64,000 bases of DNA, taken from NCBI GenBank assembly GCA_964581415.1, contig CAZOOJ010000001.1, forward strand, positions 36,096-100,095, given 5' to 3'. Shown here one piece after another: positions 1-9,784 of this stretch (the first letter of the stretch is position 1; each line of letters opens with the position of its first letter). The notes below the pieces were generated by a model. It ran no database searches and was not told the origin of the DNA. It was given only the letters and a program-made list of their open reading frames with translations. Both the position numbers and the translations under genes were made by a program. The DNA comes from Candidatus Woesearchaeota archaeon (GTDB taxonomy: Archaea; Nanobdellota; Nanobdellia; Pacearchaeales; GW2011-AR1).

Positions 1-615
1 ATTTTTTATTTTTAAGGATTTTTTAAATAAAGGGCAATTCAAGACAAAAGTTTCAAATTCTCCTCCTTCTCCTACTGGATTTACCTTATATTTTGATTTT
101 AGTTCCTTAATCTCATCTATAAATCTATTATCAATTTTTCTTCCAAGCCAGGACTTATCAAAAGGATAGGCAAAAACTCCTGTGAGTATAACTTTAAATT
201 TATTTTTTATTAGTTCCCTTAAATATTCCAATTCATTTCTTTTCCATAATGGAGTTATTGATTTTAAATCCAGTTTTTTACATATATTTTCTATACGGAA
301 CTTTTGATAATTAGATGCTAAAGCACCACTAATTATATTATTAATTTTGTATATTTTCTTTGCTTTTTTAATTGCTTTTTCCAAATCTTCAAGCTCTTTT
401 TCTTTTTCTCCTTTTGTTTTCTGAATTATCAGAGGAAGATTCATGACTTTTGCCTGATGTTTTGTTTTTTCAATTGAAGGAGTATGAAACATATAAGAAT
501 CTGGATTTTCTGAAAAAATTGAGATTAAACAAGTTAATTTATATCTTTTTTTCTTTGCTAAATATGCTGCATAAACAGAATCTTTTCCTCCTGAAAAAAG
601 AACTGCAGATTTCAT
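1..615 (-). CDS. PP-loop ATP pyrophosphatase of the MJ0570/Dph6-like family (putative diphthine-ammonia ligase). Its 3' end may run past the window start.
   Basis: Minus-strand ORF with its ATG at 613-615. The N-terminus is MKSAVLFSGGKDSVYAAYLA (SGGKDS PP-loop) and there is a C-terminal EGGEFETFVLNCPLF motif typical of the MJ0570 family. It is not in the ORF track because no stop lies inside the window. Confidence 0.55.
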   Translation of the reverse strand, partial: MKSAVLFSGGKDSVYAAYLAKKKRYKLTCLISIFSENPDSYMFHTPSIEKTKHQAKVMNLPLIIQKTKGEKEKELEDLEKAIKKAKKIYKINNIISGALASNYQKFRIENICKKLDLKSITPLWKRNELEYLRELIKNKFKVILTGVFAYPFDKSWLGRKIDNRFIDEIKELKSKYKVNPVGEGGEFETFVLNCPLFKKSLKIKN

Positions 616-687
616 AAGTTTAATAATGAAGAAGAAGTTTTTAAAATAGATTATCTGAGAAAATTTGAATAATTTTGATATATTTCC

Positions 688-1545
688 TTATTCTTTTTCA
701 TTTTCTTCCTCTAATTCAGAAAAAATAGAGGAATTGTGCTTTAAATATTCTTTTTTAAGCCATATATTAATTTCATCAAAAGGTTTTTCCTGTTCGAGCC
801 ATATTTTTTGTTGACTTTCTAAGTGCAAGAGAGGAACAAAAGATATTAACCTTTCATTTTTGTCTTTTCCTATAAACTCTGTATAGGAAATTCTTTTATA
901 TTCATTTTCTCTGAAATATTTAGATAATTTCTCATAAATCTCTTTTATTCTATTTTTTATATTAAATCTTTTTTCTGATAAAACAATATTTGTCTCTCTC
1001 AATGCATTTTTATTAATCATCACTTTTTGAATTCTTCTATTTTCTGTTGTTATTGCTCTATTAAGTGATTCAATAAGCTCTTTCAGAGTAACTTTTTTGA
1101 ATCTTGGCATAGGACTTTTTGGAATAAGTTCTGGAATTTCTTCGTTTGATTCTATTCTTTCCAAAGAGTATTTTTTCTTTTCTTCTTTTCCAAAAAGAAT
1201 TTCATCAATGCTCTTTAAATGTTTGTTTAAAAGAATTTCAGATTTTATTCTTAAAAGAAAAGAAGCTGCTAGAAGAACTTTGCTTGAAACAAAGAAATCT
1301 GCTTCTTCAAAATCAGAAATTTTTTCAAGATATTTATCAGATAAGATGATAATATCAACATTCCAAGGATCTAATTGTTCAGTATTTATTAAATCATAAA
1401 TTATATCTTTCCATCCAGTCTCTTTACTAAAAAGCACATTATGAATCTGTTCCTGATTCATATTGATTTTATCAGGCTCTTTTTCTTCCATAAACTTTAA
1501 AAGAATAGTTCTTTTATAAATATAACAATAATTAACTTTTGACAA
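688..1545 (-). CDS. scpA: Segregation and condensation protein A (ScpA kleisin)
   Basis: The N-terminal region (…IHNVLFSKETGWKDIIYDLINTEQLDPWNVDIIILSDKYLEKI… ADFFVSSKVLLAASFLLRIKSEILL) matches the ScpA/Rec8 kleisin N-terminal winged-helix signature. The true start may be the internal MEEKEP (~1491). Confidence 0.6.
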   Translation of the reverse strand: MSKVNYCYIYKRTILLKFMEEKEPDKINMNQEQIHNVLFSKETGWKDIIYDLINTEQLDPWNVDIIILSDKYLEKISDFEEADFFVSSKVLLAASFLLRIKSEILLNKHLKSIDEILFGKEEKKKYSLERIESNEEIPELIPKSPMPRFKKVTLKELIESLNRAITTENRRIQKVMINKNALRETNIVLSEKRFNIKNRIKEIYEKLSKYFRENEYKRISYTEFIGKDKNERLISFVPLLHLESQQKIWLEQEKPFDEINIWLKKEYLKHNSSIFSELEEENEKE

Positions 1546-2035
1546 TTACTACTTTAGACTCGATATCTCTTGTCATTTTTTAAGAGTAACAAAACCGAAA
1601 GGTTTAAATAATGCTATGAGTTCTATTTATTATCACCTCTTTTTCCCCAGGAGAAGCTTCAAGCTTACTGTTTTGTTGGCTTGGAGAATCTCCCAGGGTT
1701 ATATTAATTACTTAAAAAACTAGGAAATAATATTCATAATCTATAGATTACCAAAAATGGAGGAGAGAACTTAATTGACACTGCTCCTAGGTTTTATAAT
1801 CAAACTCAAAAAAAGAGAAAATTGCGGGCTTAATAAATTATTTTTATTAGATTAATTTGCCCTAGTTATATTTACAATACATCTTTAAATTTTATGTTTC
1901 TAACATAAAAAATTCATATTTATTAATTCTTCCTTGCATTTTTTCATATTTTACAAAAGCAAAATTTATAAAAACTTCAAAAGGATTACATATTTACATT
2001 CCTTGAGAGATAGTTGAAAGGAGGTTAAAATAGAA

Positions 2036-3331
2036 ATGATATATAAACAATATAAATTAATGACTTTTGTTATTATATCTTCTGTACTTCTTTTAACAGT
2101 TTTCATAAATGCTCAGAGCAATATTGAAAATACTCCAGAATCTTATTATATACATTCTGGCAGTTTCTTGATAAAAGGATTAGTTGAAGTAAGACATGAT
2201 TTTGGAAATGTTTTTTCAGCAGATCTTTCTAAAGGGCAGTTAAGAGCTATTCAAGTAATGGGAATAAAAACAGAACCAGTTGGAATATTTACTATTGTCG
2301 GGGTTGGTGACCCTTGCAGAAATGATAAAGAATGTGATGTAGGAGAGTATTGCGATAAAACTAATGCTGTTAGAGGTATGGGTGAATGTGCTCTGATAGA
2401 TGATGGGGATGGTGAAGAAGAAGAACCGGCTCCAGAACCTACGAGAGAATGTTATCCAGGAGACCAAATACCATGGGGAATTGAAAGAGTTTATGGTAAT
2501 TCTGATATAACCAGTACATCAGGTGGAGATGGTATAAATGTCGCTGTTCTTGATACAGGAGTTATGCAATCTCATTTGGATTTAAAAGATAGAATTGTTG
2601 CATGTGAAACAACTGTGACAAGATTTCCCCCTGACCGCAGTAATTGTGAAGATGGACACGGACATGGAACACATGTTGCAGGAACAATTCTTGCTGATGC
2701 AGGAGCAGATGAAAAAGGAATTTATGGAGTTGCATCAGAAGCAGATTTAATTGCAGTAAAAGTTTGTAACAGAAGAGGAGAATGTTATGGAGACGACATT
2801 GCAGCAGGTATAGATTATGCAACAACAAATAATGCAAATATAATTTCTATGAGTTTAGGAGGAAGTTCTCTAGATTCACAGATAAAAGATGCTGTTGATA
2901 GAGCAGTTGAAGCAGGAGTTTTAGTTATTGCTGCAGCAGGAAATTCTGGTCCTAATTTAGATACTATAAATTATCCAGGAGGATTTGCAAATGTAGTTTC
3001 AGTAGCTGCAACAGATAGTAATGACGAAGTTCCTGATTTTTCTTCAAGAGGAATTAATGCTGATGAATTTAAAGAGGCAGATAGATATTTAGAAGTTGCT
3101 GCACCAGGAATAAGTATATTATCAACATGGAATGATGGATGTTATAATACTATATCTGGAACAAGTATGGCTACACCACATATAAGTGGATTAGCTGCAA
3201 AATTATGGCAAGGTAATGCAGCAGATACAAGAACATATTTACAAAGCGTGGCAGAAGACATAACACAAGGACAAGATGCTGGAGAAGGATACGACCCTGC
3301 ATCTGGATTTGGATTGCCAATAGTTGCTTAA
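2036..3331 (+). CDS. Secreted subtilisin-like serine protease (peptidase S8)
   Basis: N-terminal signal peptide. The catalytic triad motifs VAVLDTGV (Asp), HGHGTHVAGTI (His) and GTSMATPHISG (Ser) are present. Confidence 0.9.
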   Translation: MIYKQYKLMTFVIISSVLLLTVFINAQSNIENTPESYYIHSGSFLIKGLVEVRHDFGNVFSADLSKGQLRAIQVMGIKTEPVGIFTIVGVGDPCRNDKECDVGEYCDKTNAVRGMGECALIDDGDGEEEEPAPEPTRECYPGDQIPWGIERVYGNSDITSTSGGDGINVAVLDTGVMQSHLDLKDRIVACETTVTRFPPDRSNCEDGHGHGTHVAGTILADAGADEKGIYGVASEADLIAVKVCNRRGECYGDDIAAGIDYATTNNANIISMSLGGSSLDSQIKDAVDRAVEAGVLVIAAAGNSGPNLDTINYPGGFANVVSVAATDSNDEVPDFSSRGINADEFKEADRYLEVAAPGISILSTWNDGCYNTISGTSMATPHISGLAAKLWQGNAADTRTYLQSVAEDITQGQDAGEGYDPASGFGLPIVA

Positions 3332-3362
3332 TTTTTTCTTTTTCTTTCTTTTTTTCTTTTAT
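3332..3362 (+). terminator. T-rich tract after the protease stop codon (archaeal oligo-T terminator candidate)
   Basis: ttttttctttttctttctttttttctttt lies immediately 3' of the TAA at 3329-3331. Confidence 0.35.
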
Positions 3363-3401
3363 TACATAAGGTTTACTTCTATTTTATTCTTAATTAAAAT
3401 T

Positions 3402-4595
3402 TTATTCATCTTCTTCAACATCCTTCCTTTTACTTAATGATAATCTATAATCCTGAATTATATCAACCATCTTTTTCAAATCCTTATCAATATTTCCACT
3501 AACAACTTTACTATTTAATCTTGGATAACAAACCATAGAAAGCTCTTCATACAATCCTTTGTCTTTCATTAACTGGATAAACTTTTCTTTATTCTCTCCT
3601 TCTGGAAGAACGATTTTATCAAATTCTTTAATAGAACATTTTTTATTTGAACCATAGACAATATCTACACCAAACTGCTTAGCATATGCAATTAACTTTT
3701 CTCTAAATTCTTCTTCAGCTTTTTTCAGTTCTGCCTGTTTGGTTTTAATCTCAGAAAACTCATCAACTAATTTAACTCCCTCATCTTCTTTAAACTTTTT
3801 AACATCTTCAATCTTCTTTAATTCAATTTCGTGTTTGAATGAGGGACACATTTCCTTGTAAACACAATAATCACATAATGCAGATTGTTTTCTTGGAAAT
3901 TCTTTTGCATTTTCAATTTCTTTAATTATATCACAAACTTCTTGCTGTAATTTTTCTAATTGTTCTTCAGTTCTTTCTGAAACAGCATCTTTGTTAAAAG
4001 CTAACATATGCCATATTAGTTTTACAGATTTTGCATCAGGAAATTTGTCCTTAACCCAAATAGAATAAAGAGCAAGTTGTCTGTCCTCATCAGCTTCTTC
4101 TTGGTCTTTCATCCTTGAATTTGTTTTATAATCACAGACATAATAATTTCCTTTGTCATCACAAGCCAATTTATCTATTCTTACATGCCACTGGTTGCCA
4201 TCAGGTAAAGTCATTTTATCCTGTGTTTCTAATCCTAAAATTGTAAGCTGGTCAAATGGTTTCATTCTCTCATAATAATGAGTAATAAATTTCTCTCCCA
4301 TTTTCTTATAATTATTTGCAGTTAGCTTTTCTTTCTCTGCCTTAACAATCAGAATATCATCAGAATAGTTTTTATCCCATAAATCTCTATAGAATTTAAT
4401 CAGCACATTCAGAGCAACTCTTTTATTAAACTTCTTTAGTTTATACAAATGTTCTAAAGTCTGATGTACCATGTCTCCCATAAAAGCTTCAATTGTAGTA
4501 GGAATATCTACTTTTACTTTGTCTATGTATTTCAGCTTATATTGGTAAGGGCAATTTTCATAAGTTGACACTCTTGAATGTGAATATGTTGCCAT
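3402..4595 (-). CDS. PD-(D/E)xK family nuclease, Cas4/RecB-like, with a 4-Cys cluster. It is stand-alone; no cas genes are nearby.
   Basis: N-terminus YSHSRVSTYENCPYQYKLKYID (PDDEXK_1-like). There is a VCDYKTN (D-x-K) motif and C-terminal CDYCVYKEMCP, which together with the N-terminal Cys fits the Cas4/AddB Fe-S arrangement. Confidence 0.5.
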   Translation of the reverse strand: MATYSHSRVSTYENCPYQYKLKYIDKVKVDIPTTIEAFMGDMVHQTLEHLYKLKKFNKRVALNVLIKFYRDLWDKNYSDDILIVKAEKEKLTANNYKKMGEKFITHYYERMKPFDQLTILGLETQDKMTLPDGNQWHVRIDKLACDDKGNYYVCDYKTNSRMKDQEEADEDRQLALYSIWVKDKFPDAKSVKLIWHMLAFNKDAVSERTEEQLEKLQQEVCDIIKEIENAKEFPRKQSALCDYCVYKEMCPSFKHEIELKKIEDVKKFKEDEGVKLVDEFSEIKTKQAELKKAEEEFREKLIAYAKQFGVDIVYGSNKKCSIKEFDKIVLPEGENKEKFIQLMKDKGLYEELSMVCYPRLNSKVVSGNIDKDLKKMVDIIQDYRLSLSKRKDVEEDE

Positions 4596-4688
4596 CTTAT
4601 TATTACGTGTAAATGAAGTGATTTAAGGTTTTCTATTGGGGGAATTATTTAATATGAAATTCCACTGGTTTTTTACAGTAGTGGTTTT

Positions 4689-4877
4689 TTATTCACTTCT
4701 TTCTCCATAAAGTTCTTTGTAGGTTTCCTCTTTAACAGTTTGAATATGCGGAGCTGAATAAATTATTCCATGTTTTCTACGCCATTCTTTACAACCAAGA
4801 TTATTTATTAAACAATTTGAAAATATTTTTTTTTCTTCTTTTCCTAATTCCTTAATTTTTTCATCTATATTTTTCAT
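4689..4877 (-). CDS. Hypothetical small protein (62 aa)
   Basis: ORF only; no recognisable motif. Confidence 0.2.
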   Translation of the reverse strand: MKNIDEKIKELGKEEKKIFSNCLINNLGCKEWRRKHGIIYSAPHIQTVKEETYKELYGERSE

Positions 4878-5245
4878 TTGTTTTTTTCCTTTGTTTGTTT
4901 GTGATTATGAACTCCCTTTGTAAGAGTTTCATTTCTTTTTCGCCTCTCGTTTGACTGCCTCTTTGAGCAGACTATAGCCATAACTCTGAATTTGTGAAGA
5001 ATTAATTATTCCTTTCATTACCATTATTAAATCAAATAAAAGCTCTTTATAAAAATTATTACATCCTAAGAGATATATATAAGATGGTTTTTACATCAAA
5101 TTTTTAAACTAATTCTATAAAATAATTTAATATATTTAACTTTTTTAATAATTTTTTTATAGAATTTTATTAATTTGATAAAATCAAGTAATTATTCGTT
5201 AATTATTTAAAATGAATTCTATTAAAAGGAATAAAAAGAGGAAAG

Positions 5246-6190
5246 ATGATAATAATAAATTTTATTTTATTTTTAGTATTTTTAGCAATATTAATCAAAT
5301 GTGCAGCATATGCTATTAAATATTCTTCAAATGTATCAAGAGCTCTAGGACTTCCTGAATTTATAGTAAGTTTTTTTATAGTAGCTTTGATCTCAGTACT
5401 TCCAGAACTAATGATTTCAATAGTGTCTGCTATTCAAGGAAATCCTGAATTAGGTTTTGGAACTCTATTGGGTTCAAATATAGCAGATTTAACTCTAATC
5501 TTTGGAATAGTTGCATTATTCTCTTATAAAGGCATAAAAGTTAAGAGTAAAGTTTTAGAAAATCATTTTTATTATCTTATTTTATTATTGTTTCCTCTAA
5601 TTCTTGGTTTTGATGGAAGATTCTCAAGAGTAGATGGTATAATATTAATTTTGTTAGGTTTATTCTTTCTCGGAAAAATATATCTTGATAGAAACAGATT
5701 TCATAAAAAATCAAATAAAAGAAGAAAACCTTTTCTTAAAAGCTTATTATTATTAATTTTAAGTGTAGGAATAATATTATTTAGTGCATTTCTAACTGTA
5801 AAATTTGCTGTAAATTTTGCATACGATATAAAATTATCAACTGTTTTTATTGGATTAACAATCCTTGCTTTAGGAACCTGCCTACCAGAATTAATTTTTT
5901 CTATAAAAGCTATAAGAAAAAAACATTATGATTTAGCAATAGGAGATATACTTGGAAATGTGCTTATTGATACTACAATAGTGTTAGGATTAGTTGCATT
6001 AATCTCTCCATTTAGTTATAATCCTTATAATATCTATATAATGGGAACCGCATTATTCCTTTCTGGAATTTTCGTAACAATATTTATGAAAACAGGAAAG
6101 TCAATAAATAAGCTTGAAGGAATTTTTTTAATACTCTTCTATATTCTTTTTGTTTTTGCTGAATTTTTCCTAAACAATCTTCTAAATTAA
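5246..6190 (+). CDS. Ca2+/cation antiporter family (CaCA, YrbG-like) membrane protein
   Basis: Multi-TM protein with two alpha-repeat motifs, GNPELGFGTLLGSNIADLTLIFG and GDILGNVLIDTTIVLG. Confidence 0.7.
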   Translation: MIIINFILFLVFLAILIKCAAYAIKYSSNVSRALGLPEFIVSFFIVALISVLPELMISIVSAIQGNPELGFGTLLGSNIADLTLIFGIVALFSYKGIKVKSKVLENHFYYLILLLFPLILGFDGRFSRVDGIILILLGLFFLGKIYLDRNRFHKKSNKRRKPFLKSLLLLILSVGIILFSAFLTVKFAVNFAYDIKLSTVFIGLTILALGTCLPELIFSIKAIRKKHYDLAIGDILGNVLIDTTIVLGLVALISPFSYNPYNIYIMGTALFLSGIFVTIFMKTGKSINKLEGIFLILFYILFVFAEFFLNNLLN

Positions 6191-6193
6191 ATC

Positions 6194-7345
6194 TCATAAA
6201 AATTTTTCTTTGTATAAATTCCATGTTCTGATAAACTCTGCATGAGGCCATGCTAAGGGCAAAACAGAATAAGCTAAACCTTTTTTGTACATTTCTGATT
6301 TTCTTACATTTTTTAGCATAATTTCTCTATCTTTTCTCATTATTCCTGCTTTTTTATATATTCTAACCCATCTCTCAAAGTCTTTTTTTGTTGCGATATG
6401 CTCAGGTAGTTCGGATTTATAGGAGATGTCCAAAATCCATCTTAGATATTTTTCAGCTTGTTTTTTTCTTTTCGCTCTAATGAAATATTTGCAAACCATC
6501 AGAGTAAAATGAGGCCAAGGTCCCCATCCTCCATTATTTCTTCCAATATGTCTCTTATATCTGCATATTCCTCCAAGTTTAGGATGCCATAATTCTTTTT
6601 CTATATTTTTTATAGTTGCTCTGATTTTTTTATTGTTATTTTTAAGAACTCCAAATTCAGCAATTGCATAAGCAGAAACATCAGGCTCTTTAGCAACTGA
6701 AGATGATTCTTTAATTCGAATAGTTTTAATAAAATATTCTCCATTCCAAAAATATTTTAATATATCTTTTTTTATTTTATTTATTTTAATTTTTGATTTA
6801 ATTCCTATCTCTTCAAGTTCTTTCAGAGCACCATAACACACTGAATTTGCCCAAATCTCAAGCCCTTCTTCAAAAGGAGGAAATTCATGAATACTGTTCG
6901 GAGTAAAAAATAAATTTTTCTTATCATTTAATTGTGAAAGAATATAATTTATTGATTTTTTTATTCTGCTCTTTTGTTGTTTTAAAAAGATTTCATCTTT
7001 GTTTTTCTGAATATATTTTGCAAAAGCATAAAGCACTAAACCAGTATTATCTAATTGAATTGGTTTATAACTTGCATCTTCACCTTTACGAGTAAGTCTC
7101 TGAGGAAAACTTCCATCTTTATTCTGAGATTTTAAAATAAATTTCAGGGCTCTTTTTGCTTTTTCTTTATAATCTAATTCAATCAATGCGAGTATGCAGA
7201 TAGAATGATCTCTTGGATAAATATAAGGATATCTTCCTTTAGGTGAAGAAGCTAATATTGCACCACTTTTTAATTGAAATTTTTTCAGAATTTCTATGCT
7301 TTTTGCATATATTTTTTCAGCTTTTTCAATTTCTTCTTTTTCCAT
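6194..7345 (-). CDS. Six-hairpin glycosidase-like protein (GH15/glucoamylase- or trehalase-related)
   Basis: YPYIYPRDHSICILAL resembles the GH15 'Y.Y.W.RD' block and QNKDGSF resembles the (alpha/alpha)6 barrel repeats. The family assignment is tentative. Confidence 0.4.
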   Translation of the reverse strand: MEKEEIEKAEKIYAKSIEILKKFQLKSGAILASSPKGRYPYIYPRDHSICILALIELDYKEKAKRALKFILKSQNKDGSFPQRLTRKGEDASYKPIQLDNTGLVLYAFAKYIQKNKDEIFLKQQKSRIKKSINYILSQLNDKKNLFFTPNSIHEFPPFEEGLEIWANSVCYGALKELEEIGIKSKIKINKIKKDILKYFWNGEYFIKTIRIKESSSVAKEPDVSAYAIAEFGVLKNNNKKIRATIKNIEKELWHPKLGGICRYKRHIGRNNGGWGPWPHFTLMVCKYFIRAKRKKQAEKYLRWILDISYKSELPEHIATKKDFERWVRIYKKAGIMRKDREIMLKNVRKSEMYKKGLAYSVLPLAWPHAEFIRTWNLYKEKFL

Positions 7346-7346
7346 T

Positions 7347-8081
7347 TTATTTAAACTTTTTTAAAACTATTTTATTTAATTCTTCAGGTCCTTTAACTAA
7401 AAAAGATTTGTCTGTAGATTTAAATAAAGGAAAATCATTTTTTGAATCCCCAAAAGAAAATGTCTTTATTTTTTTATTCTGTTTTTTAAACATTCTTATT
7501 AAAATTTTAGCAGCTTTTCCTTTGTCATTATCTCCTAAAAGATGGAAATAATTTCCTCCTTCAGTATAATTGAAACCTCTTCTTTTAATTTCTTTTACTA
7601 TTTTGTTTTTATCTTTTTTATTTTCTATTTTAAAAACCACATCGTATTCTCTTTTTTTTGCAAGTTTTGCTTCTTTTAAACTCAAACCTATCTGATTTGA
7701 AATTTCTTTAGCAGACATTTTATAAAAAGAAGTGACTTTAAATTTTTTATTGATATTTTTCATAATTTTAACTAATTTTTTATATGGAGTTCCTAATTCA
7801 ATTATAGAATAATTATCTCTTTTCTTTGATTTGAATTTAAAATCAAAATAATCTTTAGGAATAAAAATTGCTCCTCCATTTTCTGAAATAAAAGGTTCTT
7901 TATTTTTCATTTTTTTTCTATAGACTTCTATTTCTGCTCTGGTTTTGCTTGAGATTAATATTAAAGGAATTTTTTTATTTTTAAGAAGTTCTATTGCTTT
8001 TTTAGATTTTAAAAAGCTATAATTTTTATCAATGAGTGTTCCGTCTAAATCGCTGAATATCACCTCTTTAATTTTTTCCAT
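7347..8081 (-). CDS. HAD-IIB phosphatase, mannosyl/glucosyl-3-phosphoglycerate phosphatase-like (MpgP/YedP family)
   Basis: Motif I FSDLDGTLID and motif IV FGDSKNDFPLF. The size and spacing are typical of Cof/MpgP-type HAD-IIB enzymes. Confidence 0.55.
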   Translation of the reverse strand: MEKIKEVIFSDLDGTLIDKNYSFLKSKKAIELLKNKKIPLILISSKTRAEIEVYRKKMKNKEPFISENGGAIFIPKDYFDFKFKSKKRDNYSIIELGTPYKKLVKIMKNINKKFKVTSFYKMSAKEISNQIGLSLKEAKLAKKREYDVVFKIENKKDKNKIVKEIKRRGFNYTEGGNYFHLLGDNDKGKAAKILIRMFKKQNKKIKTFSFGDSKNDFPLFKSTDKSFLVKGPEELNKIVLKKFK

Positions 8082-8126
8082 ATTAAAACTTAGAAATCTT
8101 TATTTTAATAATTTTCTGAATTGAAA

Positions 8127-8366
8127 TTATTCTTTAGAAGATGCTTCTTCATTTTTTTTGCCTTCAAATTCACTGTAATGACATTTTCCGCAATAAGCTC
8201 TTCCTTGAGAAACATTTAGAAATACTCCTGGTCCGCATCTCGGACAGGTTCTAGCTCTTGTAATTTTATCACCTTCTATTTTATACTTAGAATATTTTTT
8301 TCCAGTAGGCTTGTTTTTATGAGGCTTTTTTCCTTTCTTTTTTGATTTAGCTTTTTTCTTTCCCAT
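8127..8366 (-). CDS. rps27ae: Ribosomal protein S27a (eS31)
   Basis: Lys-rich N-terminus plus the zinc-ribbon CPRCGPGVF…CGKC. Confidence 0.8.
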   Translation of the reverse strand: MGKKKAKSKKKGKKPHKNKPTGKKYSKYKIEGDKITRARTCPRCGPGVFLNVSQGRAYCGKCHYSEFEGKKNEEASSKE

Positions 8367-8368
8367 TT

Positions 8369-8824
8369 TTATTCTTTAGATTGCTCGCTCGCAGGCTCGC
8401 TCGATTTATCAGAATTTATTAATGAGGAATCTTCTTTAATTTTTTCTTTATCTGAAGATTCAGATTCATTAATAAGATTATTATTTCCTTCGGATTTTTC
8501 TTCTTGTTCTTTTTGAGGAGATTCTTGAACTTTTTCTTCTTCTAAAGCTTTCTTTTCTTCTTCAATTTCTTTTTTCTTCTTAATTTCTATCTTGTCCTTA
8601 TCTTCTTTTGAAGGATATATCTTTGCAATAACTGAAAAATCTTTTCTTCCAAATTTTCCTTTAATTGTCTTTATTTTTATACATTCTGGCTGAACTGAAA
8701 ATTTTTTGGATACTATATCTTTAATCTCTTTACGACTCGGAGTAATTTCTGCTTTAATTTCTCCTTTTATTTCCCTTCTTTTAAATAAAGGATTTTCTTT
8801 ATCTTCGATTATTTTAAATTCCAT
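8369..8824 (-). CDS. rps24e: Ribosomal protein S24e (eS24) with a long K/E/S-rich C-terminal extension
   Basis: MEFKIIEDKENPLFKRREIKGEI…TPSRKEIKD… matches the S24e N-terminal domain. About 70 aa of low-complexity tail follow. Confidence 0.75.
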   Translation of the reverse strand: MEFKIIEDKENPLFKRREIKGEIKAEITPSRKEIKDIVSKKFSVQPECIKIKTIKGKFGRKDFSVIAKIYPSKEDKDKIEIKKKKEIEEEKKALEEEKVQESPQKEQEEKSEGNNNLINESESSDKEKIKEDSSLINSDKSSEPASEQSKE

Positions 8825-8829
8825 TAGAA

Positions 8830-9021
8830 TTACCTGGTTTTAATTGCAAAGCTTCCTTTTTCATTTATTTTTAATTTTTTAGCAATTTCAGATTTTTCAG
8901 GATTAGATACAATTATTCTTCCCTTAAAACTTTCTGTTGATTCTTTAGAACCACAATTAGGACATTTCTCTCCTTCATAGATTCTGCCGCAATTTTTACA
9001 TGCTTTTGCTTTTGGTGTCAT
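8830..9021 (-). CDS. spt4: Transcription elongation factor Spt4 / RNA polymerase subunit E''
   Basis: ACKNCGRIYEGEKCPNCGS zinc ribbon plus the …RIIVSNPEKSEIAKKL… block characteristic of archaeal Spt4. It lies immediately downstream of rpoE'. Confidence 0.75.
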   Translation of the reverse strand: MTPKAKACKNCGRIYEGEKCPNCGSKESTESFKGRIIVSNPEKSEIAKKLKINEKGSFAIKTR

Positions 9022-9108
9022 TTTCTTATTTTTTATTTAATTAATATATGAAACAAATGGACTATGAATTCATTATGTTTATCTTTTTTTCTTTAAAATT
9101 AAATTTAT

Positions 9109-9720
9109 TCATTTCTTTTTACTTCCTGACTTTCCTTTAATAGTTTTTTCTTCAGCTTTTGCTGCTTTTGCTGCAGCTTTTTGTTTTTTTAATTTATCTT
9201 CTTTAATCCATTCTAATTTTCCTAATCCTGGTTGCCTCATAGTTAATCCTATCTTTGGTTCGTCTCCCTTATGACTTATAGCGATTATTCTTGCAAGACA
9301 AAAATCTCCTTGTTTTAGATTTCTTTTTGTTGATTTTCCTAATAAGGAATTTGCTTTACTAAAACTAACATAATCTTCCATTGTTTGTCCAATATGAATC
9401 ATTCCTCTCATAATTCCCATATCAATAAAAGCTCCAAAGTTAGTTATCTCTGAGATTATTCCATAAACTAATTCATGAAGTTCTGGTTTCCAAGTCAATA
9501 ATTTAAATTTTGAATTATAATATGTTGCTCCATCTCCAGGAATTATTATTCCTTCTCCGACTTCTAAAACATTTATTACAGAGATTACTCTTCCAAGTTC
9601 TTTATCATAATAATCACTATAAGTTTCAATTAATTGTCTTTCAACAGACTCTACTGTGGGTAATCCAAAAAATCTTGGAGCTACTCTTACATAATCTTCA
9701 ACTTCTGTTAAATAAAACAT
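9109..9720 (-). CDS. rpoE: DNA-directed RNA polymerase subunit E' (Rpb7 homolog, S1 domain)
   Basis: N-terminus MFYLTEVEDYVRVAPRFFG… and an S1-like GDFCLARII…IGLTMRQPGLG domain. The rpoE'-spt4-S24e-S27ae neighbourhood is conserved. Confidence 0.85.
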   Translation of the reverse strand: MFYLTEVEDYVRVAPRFFGLPTVESVERQLIETYSDYYDKELGRVISVINVLEVGEGIIIPGDGATYYNSKFKLLTWKPELHELVYGIISEITNFGAFIDMGIMRGMIHIGQTMEDYVSFSKANSLLGKSTKRNLKQGDFCLARIIAISHKGDEPKIGLTMRQPGLGKLEWIKEDKLKKQKAAAKAAKAEEKTIKGKSGSKKK

Positions 9721-9784
9721 TTTATCTGGAAAAAATAATAAGAATTGGTTTAAAAAAGTTGTTATTCAAGATAAAAAGACTTAC

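Noticed and set aside
1097-1399. ORFs 1097-1399 (+) and 1146-1349 (+)
   Set aside because: They lie antisense inside the scpA coding region. The low-complexity F/S/K-rich translations are typical of antisense frames of AT-rich genes.
2240-2837. Minus-strand ORFs 2240-2467 and 2562-2837
   Set aside because: They sit inside the well-supported subtilisin gene on the opposite strand; spurious.
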